Assembly: GCA_902607525.1 (NCBI GenBank)
Contig: CACLKK010000001.1
Span: 1 to 63,179 of the forward strand
Reading direction: 5' to 3'
Length of the DNA: 63,179 bases
Source: an uncultured Pelagibacteraceae bacterium
GTDB taxonomy: Bacteria > Pseudomonadota > Alphaproteobacteria > Pelagibacterales > Pelagibacteraceae
The notes under the pieces are model-generated. The model did not search any database, was not told where the DNA came from, and saw nothing but the letters and a program-made list of their open reading frames with translations. How positions within the stretch are numbered: the stretch's first letter is position 1; each line of letters begins with the position of its first letter. Position numbers and translations under genes: made by a program. Shown one piece after another: positions 8,972-17,688 of the stretch.

Positions 8972-9976
8972 TTACATTAATCCAGCTTCTTTATAGTATT
9001 TAATCGCACCAGGATGTAGCGGCGCAGATAAACCATCAGATATCATATTTTTCTTTTCTAATGGACCAAAAGCAGGATGTTGTGCTTTGAAAGCATCAAA
9101 GTTTTCAAAAACGGCTTTTGTTACTAAATAAACCAGTTCTTCAGGAACATCAGCGCTAGTTACTACAGTAGCTTTAACTCCAAAAGTAGTTACATCTTTT
9201 TTTTGTCCAGTATAAGTGCCAGCTGGTATTGTTGCTGCTGCATAATAATCTGCACCATCAATTAAACCTTGTACAGGTCCGCCTGTAAGATTAATTGGTA
9301 GAGCTTTTGCTCCGCAAGTAGCTGCTTGTTCCATAGCACCATTTGGAAATCCTACTGAATAACCAAATGCATCTATTTTACCGTCACATAGTGCTTTAAC
9401 TTGTTCTGATGAAGTTAATTCTGTTACTCCTTTAAAGTAACTATTATCAACACCCATTGCTTTCATAAGTTCTTCCATAGTTCCTCTTTGACCTGAACCA
9501 GGGTTACCTATGTTAACAGTTTTACCTTTAAGACCCTTAAAGTCTTTAACTTTTGCTTTTTTTCTAGCCCAAATTTGGAAAGGCTCGTTATGAACTGAAA
9601 AAACAGCTCTTAAATTACCGAACTTTTTTCCTTCCCATTTACTTGAACCATTAACAGCATGAAATTGCCAGTCAGACTGAGCTACACCAAATTGGAATTC
9701 GCCTTCTTTAATTTGTCCAATGTTATAGTTAGAACCTCCAGTTGACGGAGCAGTACATCTATATGCTTTATTTGTACCTTTTTTTCTTCCATGGTCTGCA
9801 CTTATTGCAAACTTGTGCATCATTTTACATATTGCATTACCAGTTTGGAAATAAACTCCAGTTGGTCCACCCGTACCTATTGTAAAGAACTCTGCAGACT
9901 TTGCTATCGTCGCCAATGGCGCTGATAGAGCAATCATCATCAGTGCTCCAGCAATAGTGGAAATAAATTTTCTCAT
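8972..9976 (-). CDS. TAXI-family TRAP transporter solute-binding protein
   Basis: The ORF is open to 9988. The ATG at 9976 is preferred because GGGGGA lies 5 nt upstream and MRKFISTIAGALMMIALSAPLATIAKSA is a signal peptide. TAXI motif TIGTGGPTGVYFQTGNAICK. Confidence 0.85.
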   Translation of the reverse strand: MRKFISTIAGALMMIALSAPLATIAKSAEFFTIGTGGPTGVYFQTGNAICKMMHKFAISADHGRKKGTNKAYRCTAPSTGGSNYNIGQIKEGEFQFGVAQSDWQFHAVNGSSKWEGKKFGNLRAVFSVHNEPFQIWARKKAKVKDFKGLKGKTVNIGNPGSGQRGTMEELMKAMGVDNSYFKGVTELTSSEQVKALCDGKIDAFGYSVGFPNGAMEQAATCGAKALPINLTGGPVQGLIDGADYYAAATIPAGTYTGQKKDVTTFGVKATVVTSADVPEELVYLVTKAVFENFDAFKAQHPAFGPLEKKNMISDGLSAPLHPGAIKYYKEAGLM

Positions 9977-10043
9977 TTGTTCCCCCATTATTATTGTTTA
10001 AATTTAAACTTAATATAATGAGGATACCAATTTTAAAATGATT

Positions 10044-11279
10044 CTAAAGTGAATTTGACCATTCTTTTAAGGCGCTCACTCCATCAACTATATTTGGTGC
10101 ATATTTTTTTAAATCAGCATCATCTAGTTTTTTACTACCTAAAATACCTTTTAAAAAATTAGCCCCATCAAAGTCGGTATAACTTAATCTAGCAATCATT
10201 TTGTTACTAGGCAGCCCAAAATCACTACCCGGGAGAAGAGCTACGCCAGTTTTATTTAAAATATCTTTGCACATTTCAGAAGATGAAGAAAATTTTGCAC
10301 TAGTAAATTCTGGAAATAAATAAAACCCACCTTCAGGCTGCAAAACATTTATTGCGTTAGACTTCAAATTTTCATAAACATAGTTAGCTACAAAAGATAG
10401 TATTTTTTTTACTTTCATTAAATAATCCGAGTGATCATCCTTGTAAGCTCTCACCGCAGCATATTGAACTGGAGCGCTAACTGAAGTAAACGATTCGCTG
10501 CATAATATTTTTAAACTATTTTTTAATTCAGCAAGTTGATCGGGTATAGCAAAAAAACCAAGCCTCCAACCGCCTGCTCCACACCATTTACTCAACCCAG
10601 AGCTAACTATAGTTCTTTCAGGATAAATACTAGAAATAGATTTATATTGGTCATTAAAAGTAAGACGAGAATATATTTCATCAGAAAGTATGATTAATTT
10701 ATATTTTTTAGCAACATCAACAATTTCTTCCAAATTTTTACAAACCGTACCTGATGGATTGTTTGGGGAGTTTATTAAAAGCAATAAATTTTTATTTTTT
10801 ATGCTTTTAATTTTTTCTTCTAATTTTTCAGCCGTTGGAAACCAATTAGAATTACTTGTTGTTTGAATCCAGTGAACTTTATTTTTTGCAATTATTGCTT
10901 GAGGTTGGTACGAAACCCAACTTGGTGCTGGAAGCAATATGTCTCCTTCAAAGGCAATTTGGGTAAGAAACATAAGCTCCTTTGTTCCTGGACCAACTAT
11001 TATATTTTCTTTGTTAAAATTATTATTATTATTTTTATTTAAATGATTTGCTATTACAGATCTTAATTCTTCAAGCCCTTGCATTTGTAAATAAAAATTT
11101 TTACTTGAATTATTTTTTAATTCTAAAACAACAGATTCAGGAATGGGAAAAGGAGATTGACCAAAACCGAACTTATAAACTTTTTTACCACTTTTTTTAA
11201 GTTTATTAGACTCTTCATTTATTGCTAATGTTGCTGAAGGTTTTAGTTGTCCTATTTGTTTTTTTGTTAATTTATTCAT
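10044..11279 (-). CDS. Class I/II pyridoxal-phosphate-dependent aminotransferase
   Basis: 411 aa. NSPNNPSGT and the PLP-lysine region SSGLSKWCGAGGWRLGF. Overlaps the upstream gene by 8 nt. Confidence 0.85.
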   Translation of the reverse strand: MNKLTKKQIGQLKPSATLAINEESNKLKKSGKKVYKFGFGQSPFPIPESVVLELKNNSSKNFYLQMQGLEELRSVIANHLNKNNNNNFNKENIIVGPGTKELMFLTQIAFEGDILLPAPSWVSYQPQAIIAKNKVHWIQTTSNSNWFPTAEKLEEKIKSIKNKNLLLLINSPNNPSGTVCKNLEEIVDVAKKYKLIILSDEIYSRLTFNDQYKSISSIYPERTIVSSGLSKWCGAGGWRLGFFAIPDQLAELKNSLKILCSESFTSVSAPVQYAAVRAYKDDHSDYLMKVKKILSFVANYVYENLKSNAINVLQPEGGFYLFPEFTSAKFSSSSEMCKDILNKTGVALLPGSDFGLPSNKMIARLSYTDFDGANFLKGILGSKKLDDADLKKYAPNIVDGVSALKEWSNSL

Positions 11280-13230
11280 CTAATTCTTTAATATTTTTAA
11301 ATTGTTTTAAGCTATCTGGATTAGCTAAAGCTTCCAAGTTTTTAATTGTCTCGCCCTCAACGCTTTGTTTAACAGCTAATTCAACAAGTTTACCATTTTT
11401 TGTTTTAGGAATTTCTAAAATGGAAATTATTTTTGAAGGAACGTGTCTAGGTGAAGCATTGTTTTTTATCTCTTTTTTAATTTTATCCTTAATTGCATTA
11501 GTCAAATAATAACCCTTATTAAGAACAACAAACAAAATTATTCTAACATCATTTTTCCATGACTGACCAATAACAATAGATTCTTTTACTTCTTTAAATT
11601 TTTCAACCTCACTATAAATTTCTGATGTTCCTAACCTTACACCTCCTGGATTAAGTGTAGTGTCAGATCTTCCATATATTATAAATCCACCATTATTTGT
11701 TACTTTTGCAAAGTCACCGTGGTGCCAAACGTTTTTATATTTTTCAAAGTAAGCAGATTTATATTTTTTATCTCCAGTGTCATTCCAAAACTTCACTGGC
11801 ATAGAAGGAAAAGGTTTTTTGCAAACCAATTCCCCTTTTTTGTTTTTTATAGGAAAACCTTTTTCATTAAATATATCTACATCCATACCCAGTCCTCTAT
11901 TTTGTATCTCACCTTCATAAACAGGTTGAAACAAATTTCCCAAAACGAAGCAAGAAACTATATCGGTACCACCTGAAATAGATGATAAATGAACATCTTT
12001 TTTTATATTATTGTAAATATATCTAAATCCTTCTTTTGACAAAGGGGAACCGGTAGAACAAATGGTTCTCAAGCTGGAAAGATTGTAATTTCTTTTTGGA
12101 ACAACTTTATTATTGTTAAGAGTATCAATATATTTTGCGCTTATTCCAAAAAGTGTAACTTTCTCATCGTTAGCAAATTTAAATAACAAATCATCTCTTT
12201 TGTACATTGGAAAACCATCAAACAACAAAATTGTTGCGCCTGAAGAAAGAGCGCCAACTAACCAATTCCACATCATCCAACCACAAGTAGTAAAATAGAA
12301 GACGCGGTCATTATCTTTTACATCGGAATGTATTTGTAATTCTTTATTATGTTGAAGCAAAACTCCACCTGTTCCATGGCAAATACATTTAGGTTTTCCT
12401 GTTGTGCCACTAGAGTAAAGAATAGCCAGAGGATCATTGAAATTCGACAAAACATAATTAATTTTATTTTTTTTCTTTAAACTAATTAAATCTCTCCAAA
12501 TAAATGTTTTAACTTTAGCATTTATAACTTTTTTAATTTTTTCTCCAGGATATGGAACAATTACAACTTTACTAATTGACGGTACATTATCGAGAATTTT
12601 GGGTAGTCTATCTAAAATGTTAATTTTTTTTCCATTATAAAAATATTTTTCTCCTATAAATAATATTTTTGGTGAAATTTGTGAAAATCTATCAATAACT
12701 CCTGATGTACCAAAATCTGGTGAGCAAGAAGACCATATGCCCCCAAGAGCTGCTGTACTTATATATGCCGTTACAGTTTCTGGTATGTTGGGCAAATATG
12801 CTGCCACACGATCCCCTTTTTTTATTCCATTAGATTTCATCCATTTTGAAATTTGAGAAACATTAAAATTTAAATTTTTCCAAGACAATTCTGTTCTATA
12901 TCCATTTTCACTCTTAAATATAATTGCTGGTTTTGAGTTATTTTTTTTAAGAAGATTTTGCGCATAATTAAGCTTACTATCGTAAAAAAATCTATTTTTG
13001 AAAAAAGTATTTGATTTTTTTAGTATAATTTTTCCTAGTACTCCTTTTACTTTTGTAAAATCCCAAATAGATTTCCAAAATAATTGGGGATTGTCGATTG
13101 ACCATTTCCAAATTTTATTAAAGTCATTGCCGGCACCAATTTTATAATTCTGTCTTATAAAATTAGAATAAGAAGCTAAATTTGTTTTATTTAACTTTTT
13201 GCGGTTGCTTTTCCAAAGATAGGTTTTCAT
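11272..13230 (-). CDS. Acetoacetyl-CoA synthetase (acetoacetate-CoA ligase)
   Basis: 652 aa. AMP-binding motif YSSGTTGKPKCICH. Length and termini are typical of acetoacetyl-CoA synthetases rather than Acs. Confidence 0.8.
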   Translation of the reverse strand: MKTYLWKSNRKKLNKTNLASYSNFIRQNYKIGAGNDFNKIWKWSIDNPQLFWKSIWDFTKVKGVLGKIILKKSNTFFKNRFFYDSKLNYAQNLLKKNNSKPAIIFKSENGYRTELSWKNLNFNVSQISKWMKSNGIKKGDRVAAYLPNIPETVTAYISTAALGGIWSSCSPDFGTSGVIDRFSQISPKILFIGEKYFYNGKKINILDRLPKILDNVPSISKVVIVPYPGEKIKKVINAKVKTFIWRDLISLKKKNKINYVLSNFNDPLAILYSSGTTGKPKCICHGTGGVLLQHNKELQIHSDVKDNDRVFYFTTCGWMMWNWLVGALSSGATILLFDGFPMYKRDDLLFKFANDEKVTLFGISAKYIDTLNNNKVVPKRNYNLSSLRTICSTGSPLSKEGFRYIYNNIKKDVHLSSISGGTDIVSCFVLGNLFQPVYEGEIQNRGLGMDVDIFNEKGFPIKNKKGELVCKKPFPSMPVKFWNDTGDKKYKSAYFEKYKNVWHHGDFAKVTNNGGFIIYGRSDTTLNPGGVRLGTSEIYSEVEKFKEVKESIVIGQSWKNDVRIILFVVLNKGYYLTNAIKDKIKKEIKNNASPRHVPSKIISILEIPKTKNGKLVELAVKQSVEGETIKNLEALANPDSLKQFKNIKELDE

Positions 13231-13403
13231 TGGTTCATTATGCCAAAAAAAATTAATATTGAATTCTTTAAAATTATGCTAAACTTATTTTTCGATTATT
13301 GAAAAGGAGAACTTCTATTTGGATGATTCGGTCACGTTTTAATCATCTTTTGTTCCTAATGAAAATCTAAATATAGTATATCAAAAATAACTAAACACAA
13401 TTT

Positions 13404-15887
13404 ATGGAAAATAATTTAAATAGGATTACTGCAGTTTTAGGACCTACCAATACAGGCAAAACTCATTTGGCTGTTGAAACAATGCTTGGATATGAAAGTG
13501 GGATCATAGGTTTTCCTTTAAGGTTGCTAGCAAGAGAGATTTACGACAAATGTGTAGATAAAGTTGGAAAAGAAAAAGTAGCTCTTATTACGGGTGAAGA
13601 AAAAATAATACCTAAATTACCAAAATATTATATTTGCACAGTAGAATCTATGCCCCAAGATATCATTGTAGATTTTGTTGCCGTTGACGAAATTCAAATG
13701 TGTGTTGACCACGAGAGAGGTCACATCTTTACAGACAGACTATTACATGCAAGAGGCGATAAACTAACTATGTTTCTTGGGTCGCACACTATGAAATCTA
13801 TAATAGCGTCTCTTGTTGAGGGTGCGGAGTTTGTAAGTAAAGAAAGATACTCAAAATTGACTTATAGCGGATATAAAAAAATATCTCGCTTAAATCCTAA
13901 AACAGCTTTAATTGCTTTTTCTGTTGATGAAGTTTACGCAATAGCGGAACTGGTAAGAAGACAAAAAGGAGGTGCAGCAATAATTATGGGCTCATTAAGT
14001 CCAAAAACTAGAAATTCTCAAGTTGAATTATACCAATCAGGGGACGCTAATTTTCTTGTAGCAACTGACGCTATTGGTATGGGAATAAATATGGATATAG
14101 ACAATGTGAGTTTTACAAACATAAGAAAATTTGATGGAAAAAAAACAAGAAAGTTATCATTAAGTGAAATTTCACAAATTGCAGGTAGAGCTGGGCGTCA
14201 TATTAACAATGGTACTTTTGGAGTTACAGGAGAATGTAAACAATTTTCTTCAGATGAAATTGAAAAATTAGAAAATCATGAACTTAATAAAATTGACGTA
14301 CTTTATTGGAGAAACTCTAAAATTAATTTTGATAGTATTAAAAATTTACTCTCTTCACTCGAAGAAAATACGAATAATGAATTATTAAAAAAAATTAGTG
14401 ATTGTGAAGATGAAAAAGTATTAAAATTTTTGATAAAAAATGAAAAAAATATTAAAGAGGATTTTTCTAAAGACTTTACAAAATTGCTTTGGGAATGTTG
14501 TCAAATACCTGATTTTTCTAAAAAAGCTTACGGAAATCATATAGAGGTGGTGAAAAAAGTTTTTGAATTTTTAACATCAAAATCTGGAAAAGTTACCAAT
14601 GAATATATGAAAAAACAACTTGAACACTTAGACAAATATGATGGCAATATTGATACGTTGGCTAACAGAATTTCCAATGTGAGAACTTGGTCCTACGTGG
14701 CAAATAAAAAAAATTGGGCAAGCAATTCTGATTATTGGATTGAAAGATCTAAATATATTGAAGATAAACTTTCTGACAAACTTCATGAAGAATTAACAAA
14801 AATTTTTGTAGACAAAAGGATTAGTGTTTTATCAAGAAGCCTCCAACAAGACATTAGTTTAGCAACTGAAATTAAAAATGAAAATGAAGTTATAATTGAT
14901 GACCAGTATATTGGTCACCTAAATGGTTTGAAATTAAACTTGGATTTAAAATCAGGATCTCTAAAAACTGATATTAAATCTCTTAAAAAAGCAGCCAGAC
15001 AAGCCATTGCTCCAGAGCTGATGAGAAGGGTGAATAAAATAATTAAAAGTGAAGTGATGCGACTCGATGATGATCATAAAATATATTGGATGGATAACCC
15101 TATTGCACGAATTTCCAAAGGCAATGATTATTTAAATCCAAAATTGGAACTTATAGTTGATGAAGCTATTGACCTTGAATCTAAAGAAAAATTAAGAATA
15201 AATTTAGAAAAAAAATTACACAAGCTAATCTCCATGGAACTTTCAGATCTTGTTAATTTAAGTAAATCAAAATTTAAAAATAATTATGTACGAGCACTAT
15301 GTTATCAGTTATTCGAAAAAAATGGTGTGATGAAAAGAGAGTCGGTTCATCAAATGATAAAAAATATTTCTAAAGAAGATAGATCTAGTTTAAGAAAAAA
15401 TGGAATTAAAATAGGAAGATACCACGTTTTTCTTCCTAGGATGCTTAAACCTAACGCAGTAGAGCTTAGAGTCAAATTATGGAAACTTTTTTATCCTGAT
15501 GATAAAAAATATACTATACCTAAATCCGGCTTAAATTTTTTAAAAGATGAGACGTTAAAAAATAATAAATTTCTTTTAATATGTGGTTTTGAAAACTTTA
15601 ATAAATTTTATGTTAGAGTTGATATTTTAGAAAGACTTTTTTTAAAAGTTATTGAAAATATGAAGGATGGAGTTTTTAAAATAGATTCTAATATGATTAA
15701 TTTAATTGGATGTAGTAAGGAAAATTTTTATAAACTTTTAGAATTAATGCAATATAAACGTGCTAAAATTAAGCAAGATAATGAAGAATATTTCGAGTAT
15801 AGGCCTAAATTTTTAAAAAAAGTAAAAGGTAAAAAAATTAGTAAAGATAACCCTTTTGAAAAATTATCAGAATTGAGATTTAGATAA
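13404..15887 (+). CDS. SUV3-like superfamily-2 ATP-dependent helicase
   Basis: 827 aa. Walker A GPTNTGKTH, DExx-like VAVDEIQM, motif VI QIAGRAGR. Long alpha-helical C-terminal region as in alphaproteobacterial SUV3 homologues. Confidence 0.8.
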   Translation: MENNLNRITAVLGPTNTGKTHLAVETMLGYESGIIGFPLRLLAREIYDKCVDKVGKEKVALITGEEKIIPKLPKYYICTVESMPQDIIVDFVAVDEIQMCVDHERGHIFTDRLLHARGDKLTMFLGSHTMKSIIASLVEGAEFVSKERYSKLTYSGYKKISRLNPKTALIAFSVDEVYAIAELVRRQKGGAAIIMGSLSPKTRNSQVELYQSGDANFLVATDAIGMGINMDIDNVSFTNIRKFDGKKTRKLSLSEISQIAGRAGRHINNGTFGVTGECKQFSSDEIEKLENHELNKIDVLYWRNSKINFDSIKNLLSSLEENTNNELLKKISDCEDEKVLKFLIKNEKNIKEDFSKDFTKLLWECCQIPDFSKKAYGNHIEVVKKVFEFLTSKSGKVTNEYMKKQLEHLDKYDGNIDTLANRISNVRTWSYVANKKNWASNSDYWIERSKYIEDKLSDKLHEELTKIFVDKRISVLSRSLQQDISLATEIKNENEVIIDDQYIGHLNGLKLNLDLKSGSLKTDIKSLKKAARQAIAPELMRRVNKIIKSEVMRLDDDHKIYWMDNPIARISKGNDYLNPKLELIVDEAIDLESKEKLRINLEKKLHKLISMELSDLVNLSKSKFKNNYVRALCYQLFEKNGVMKRESVHQMIKNISKEDRSSLRKNGIKIGRYHVFLPRMLKPNAVELRVKLWKLFYPDDKKYTIPKSGLNFLKDETLKNNKFLLICGFENFNKFYVRVDILERLFLKVIENMKDGVFKIDSNMINLIGCSKENFYKLLELMQYKRAKIKQDNEEYFEYRPKFLKKVKGKKISKDNPFEKLSELRFR

Positions 15888-16319
15888 ATGATAAAAAACC
15901 TATTTAAAAAACAAAAAAAAGAAAATCAAAATGATAAATATCTTCCAATTATAGCACTATTAGTACATGCAGCTAAAATTGACGAAAATTATACTGAAAC
16001 AGAAAAAACTATTATTAAAAAAGTTATAATGGAATTAAACAAAATAAGTTTAGACGAATCAAAAAAAATACTGGAAATTGCAGAAAAAGCTGAAGAAAAA
16101 TCAAATCAGATAGTAGGATTTACTAGTGAAATTAAAAAATACTCAATGGAATTTAGACTAAAAATAATTGAAATTATATGGAAAATTGTATATTCAGATG
16201 GCGCTAGTGATAATTACGAATCTAATTTAGTAAGACGACTTTGTGGATTGTTATACATTTCTGATAGAGATAGCGGAATGATTAAATCAAAAGTCCAAGA
16301 AAACATTACGAAAAAATAA
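15888..16319 (+). CDS. TerB-like (tellurite-resistance TerB / DjlA N-domain family) protein
   Basis: 143 aa. The start ATG abuts the helicase stop (TAAATG). Two helical repeats with D/E-rich positions ([28 protein letters not shown]) are typical of TerB-fold proteins. Confidence 0.6.
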   Translation: MIKNLFKKQKKENQNDKYLPIIALLVHAAKIDENYTETEKTIIKKVIMELNKISLDESKKILEIAEKAEEKSNQIVGFTSEIKKYSMEFRLKIIEIIWKIVYSDGASDNYESNLVRRLCGLLYISDRDSGMIKSKVQENITKK

Positions 16320-16321
16320 TT

Positions 16322-16663
16322 ATGACATACATTGTTAACGAAAAATGTATTAAGTGCAAATTAATGGATTGTGTAGAAGTTTGTCCTGTAGACTGTTTTT
16401 ACGAAGGTGAAAATATGCTCGTAATCAAACCTGAAGAATGTATAGACTGCGGAGTTTGTGAACCAGAATGTCCAGTAAATGCTATAGAGCCTGATACTAA
16501 TGAAGGTGCTGACAATTGGGTTGAAATGAACAAAAAATATAGCGAAAGTTGGCCAAATATTAGTAAAAAAAGAAAAGACGATGTGCCTAATGACGAAAAA
16601 CAATGGCGCGATGTAAAAGGTAAAATGAAATATTTTAGTGAAAAACCAGGGAAAGGGGATTAA
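16322..16663 (+). CDS. fdxA: 7Fe ferredoxin ([3Fe-4S][4Fe-4S])
   Basis: 113 aa. [29 protein letters not shown]...[16 protein letters not shown], the canonical FdxA cysteine pattern. Confidence 0.92.
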   Translation: MTYIVNEKCIKCKLMDCVEVCPVDCFYEGENMLVIKPEECIDCGVCEPECPVNAIEPDTNEGADNWVEMNKKYSESWPNISKKRKDDVPNDEKQWRDVKGKMKYFSEKPGKGD

Positions 16664-16671
16664 GAAGAACT

Positions 16672-17340
16672 GTGCCAAAAAAAAAGAAATTAAAAAAAAT
16701 TAAAAAAAAGATTAGGAAAAAGAAAGACTTAAAGAATGTCTCTAATCAGCAATCAAAACCTAATTTTTATAAATCTAAAGCTTATAAGGCAAATGAAGTT
16801 AAAATTAAAAAAATTACAAAACAACCAACTGAAAAAAGAATTTACAATGTTAAAGATTATGTGGTTTACCCTAAACACGGCGTGGGAAAAATAGTATCTA
16901 TAGAAAAAGCTAAAATTGGGAGTATTGATATAAATTTCTATAAAGTTTTTGTAGAAAAAGAAAAATTAACTTTAAGTATACCTCTGAATCAGCAATCACA
17001 TTTAAGACACGTTTCTAGCATCAACCAGGTTAATAAAGCTATTACAATTTTAAAAAGTAAGCCAAAAATAAAAAGAACTATGTGGAGTAGAAGAGCTCAA
17101 GAATATGAGCAAAAAATCAACTCTGGTAAACTTTATGAATTGGCTGAAGTTGTTAAAGATTTAAATAAAAAAACTGATGTAATTGCTGAACAATCCTATA
17201 GTGAAAGACAACTTTTCGAAAAAGCATACGAAAGATTAAAATCTGAATTTGAAGTAGTTCTGGGGGAAAAAGCTAAAATAAAAATGGACAAAGCTTTAAA
17301 TCGTGTTGATGAATCTGAAAAAATTGAGTCTGTAACATAA
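16672..17340 (+). CDS. carD: CarD/CdnL-family RNA-polymerase-binding regulator with about 60-aa polylysine N-terminal tail
   Basis: 222 aa with a GTG start. CarD_TRCF domain YVVYPKHGVGKIVSIE...FYKVFVEKEKLTLSIP. There is no in-frame ATG between 16672 and the conserved domain. Confidence 0.85.
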   Translation: MPKKKKLKKIKKKIRKKKDLKNVSNQQSKPNFYKSKAYKANEVKIKKITKQPTEKRIYNVKDYVVYPKHGVGKIVSIEKAKIGSIDINFYKVFVEKEKLTLSIPLNQQSHLRHVSSINQVNKAITILKSKPKIKRTMWSRRAQEYEQKINSGKLYELAEVVKDLNKKTDVIAEQSYSERQLFEKAYERLKSEFEVVLGEKAKIKMDKALNRVDESEKIESVT

Positions 17341-17343
17341 AAA

Positions 17344-17374
17344 CGCCCTCCTTATTTACGCAATAAGAAGGGCG
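17344..17374. terminator. Bidirectional intrinsic terminator hairpin (carD on plus, micro-ORF on minus)
   Basis: CGCCCTCCTTATT-TACGC-AATAAGAAGGGCG, a 13-bp stem with one mismatch. The minus-strand reading is followed by TTTTT and the plus-strand reading by a weaker AATTCTTT. Confidence 0.7.
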
Positions 17375-17397
17375 CAATTCTTTAAAAAAGCTTTAAC

Positions 17398-17466
17398 TTA
17401 TCTTCTTCTTCTTCTTCTTTTTTTAGCTTTTTTCTTACCTTTTTTCTTTTTTCTACGTTTAGCCAT
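17398..17466 (-). CDS. Unannotated 22-codon polybasic micro-ORF (MAKRRKKKKGKKKAKKRRRRRR)
   Basis: ATG at 17466..17464 and TAA at 17400..17398. AAGGGAG lies with a 7-nt spacer (CTAATA A) before the ATG. The terminator hairpin begins 23 nt after the stop. Too short for the supplied ORF track. Confidence 0.4.
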   Translation of the reverse strand: MAKRRKKKKGKKKAKKRRRRRR

Positions 17467-17688
17467 TATTAGCTCCCTTTTTGTTTTAATTAAAACAAAT
17501 CAATTAATGATTCGCCTATATATTTAAGCTTTATAATTATTTTCACCGATGTCAAACGTTAATTATGTTGACAGTTTTTTAAAAAAATTAATTTTTGAAT
17601 AAAATAAATTTTTTTTTAAATATTAAAAAAAACCAGCAATAACAATGTTTTTTAAACACTAATTATAATTTGAATTTATTTAATTTAA

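Noticed and set aside
13301-13370. AAGGAG followed by a 15-codon uORF (MIRSRFNHLLFLMKI) and a GATGATT...AATCATC hairpin with a T-rich tail in the helicase leader.
   Set aside because: The SD-ATG spacing is 13 nt. The stem is only 7 bp and AT-rich with a 12-nt loop. It is indistinguishable from chance in this composition.
17568-17605. Plus-strand TTGACA at 17568 as a promoter.
   Set aside because: There is no acceptable -10 at 16-18 nt. Transcription from here would only run antisense into the acyl-CoA ligase gene. It is kept only as half of the inverted repeat noted in the findings.
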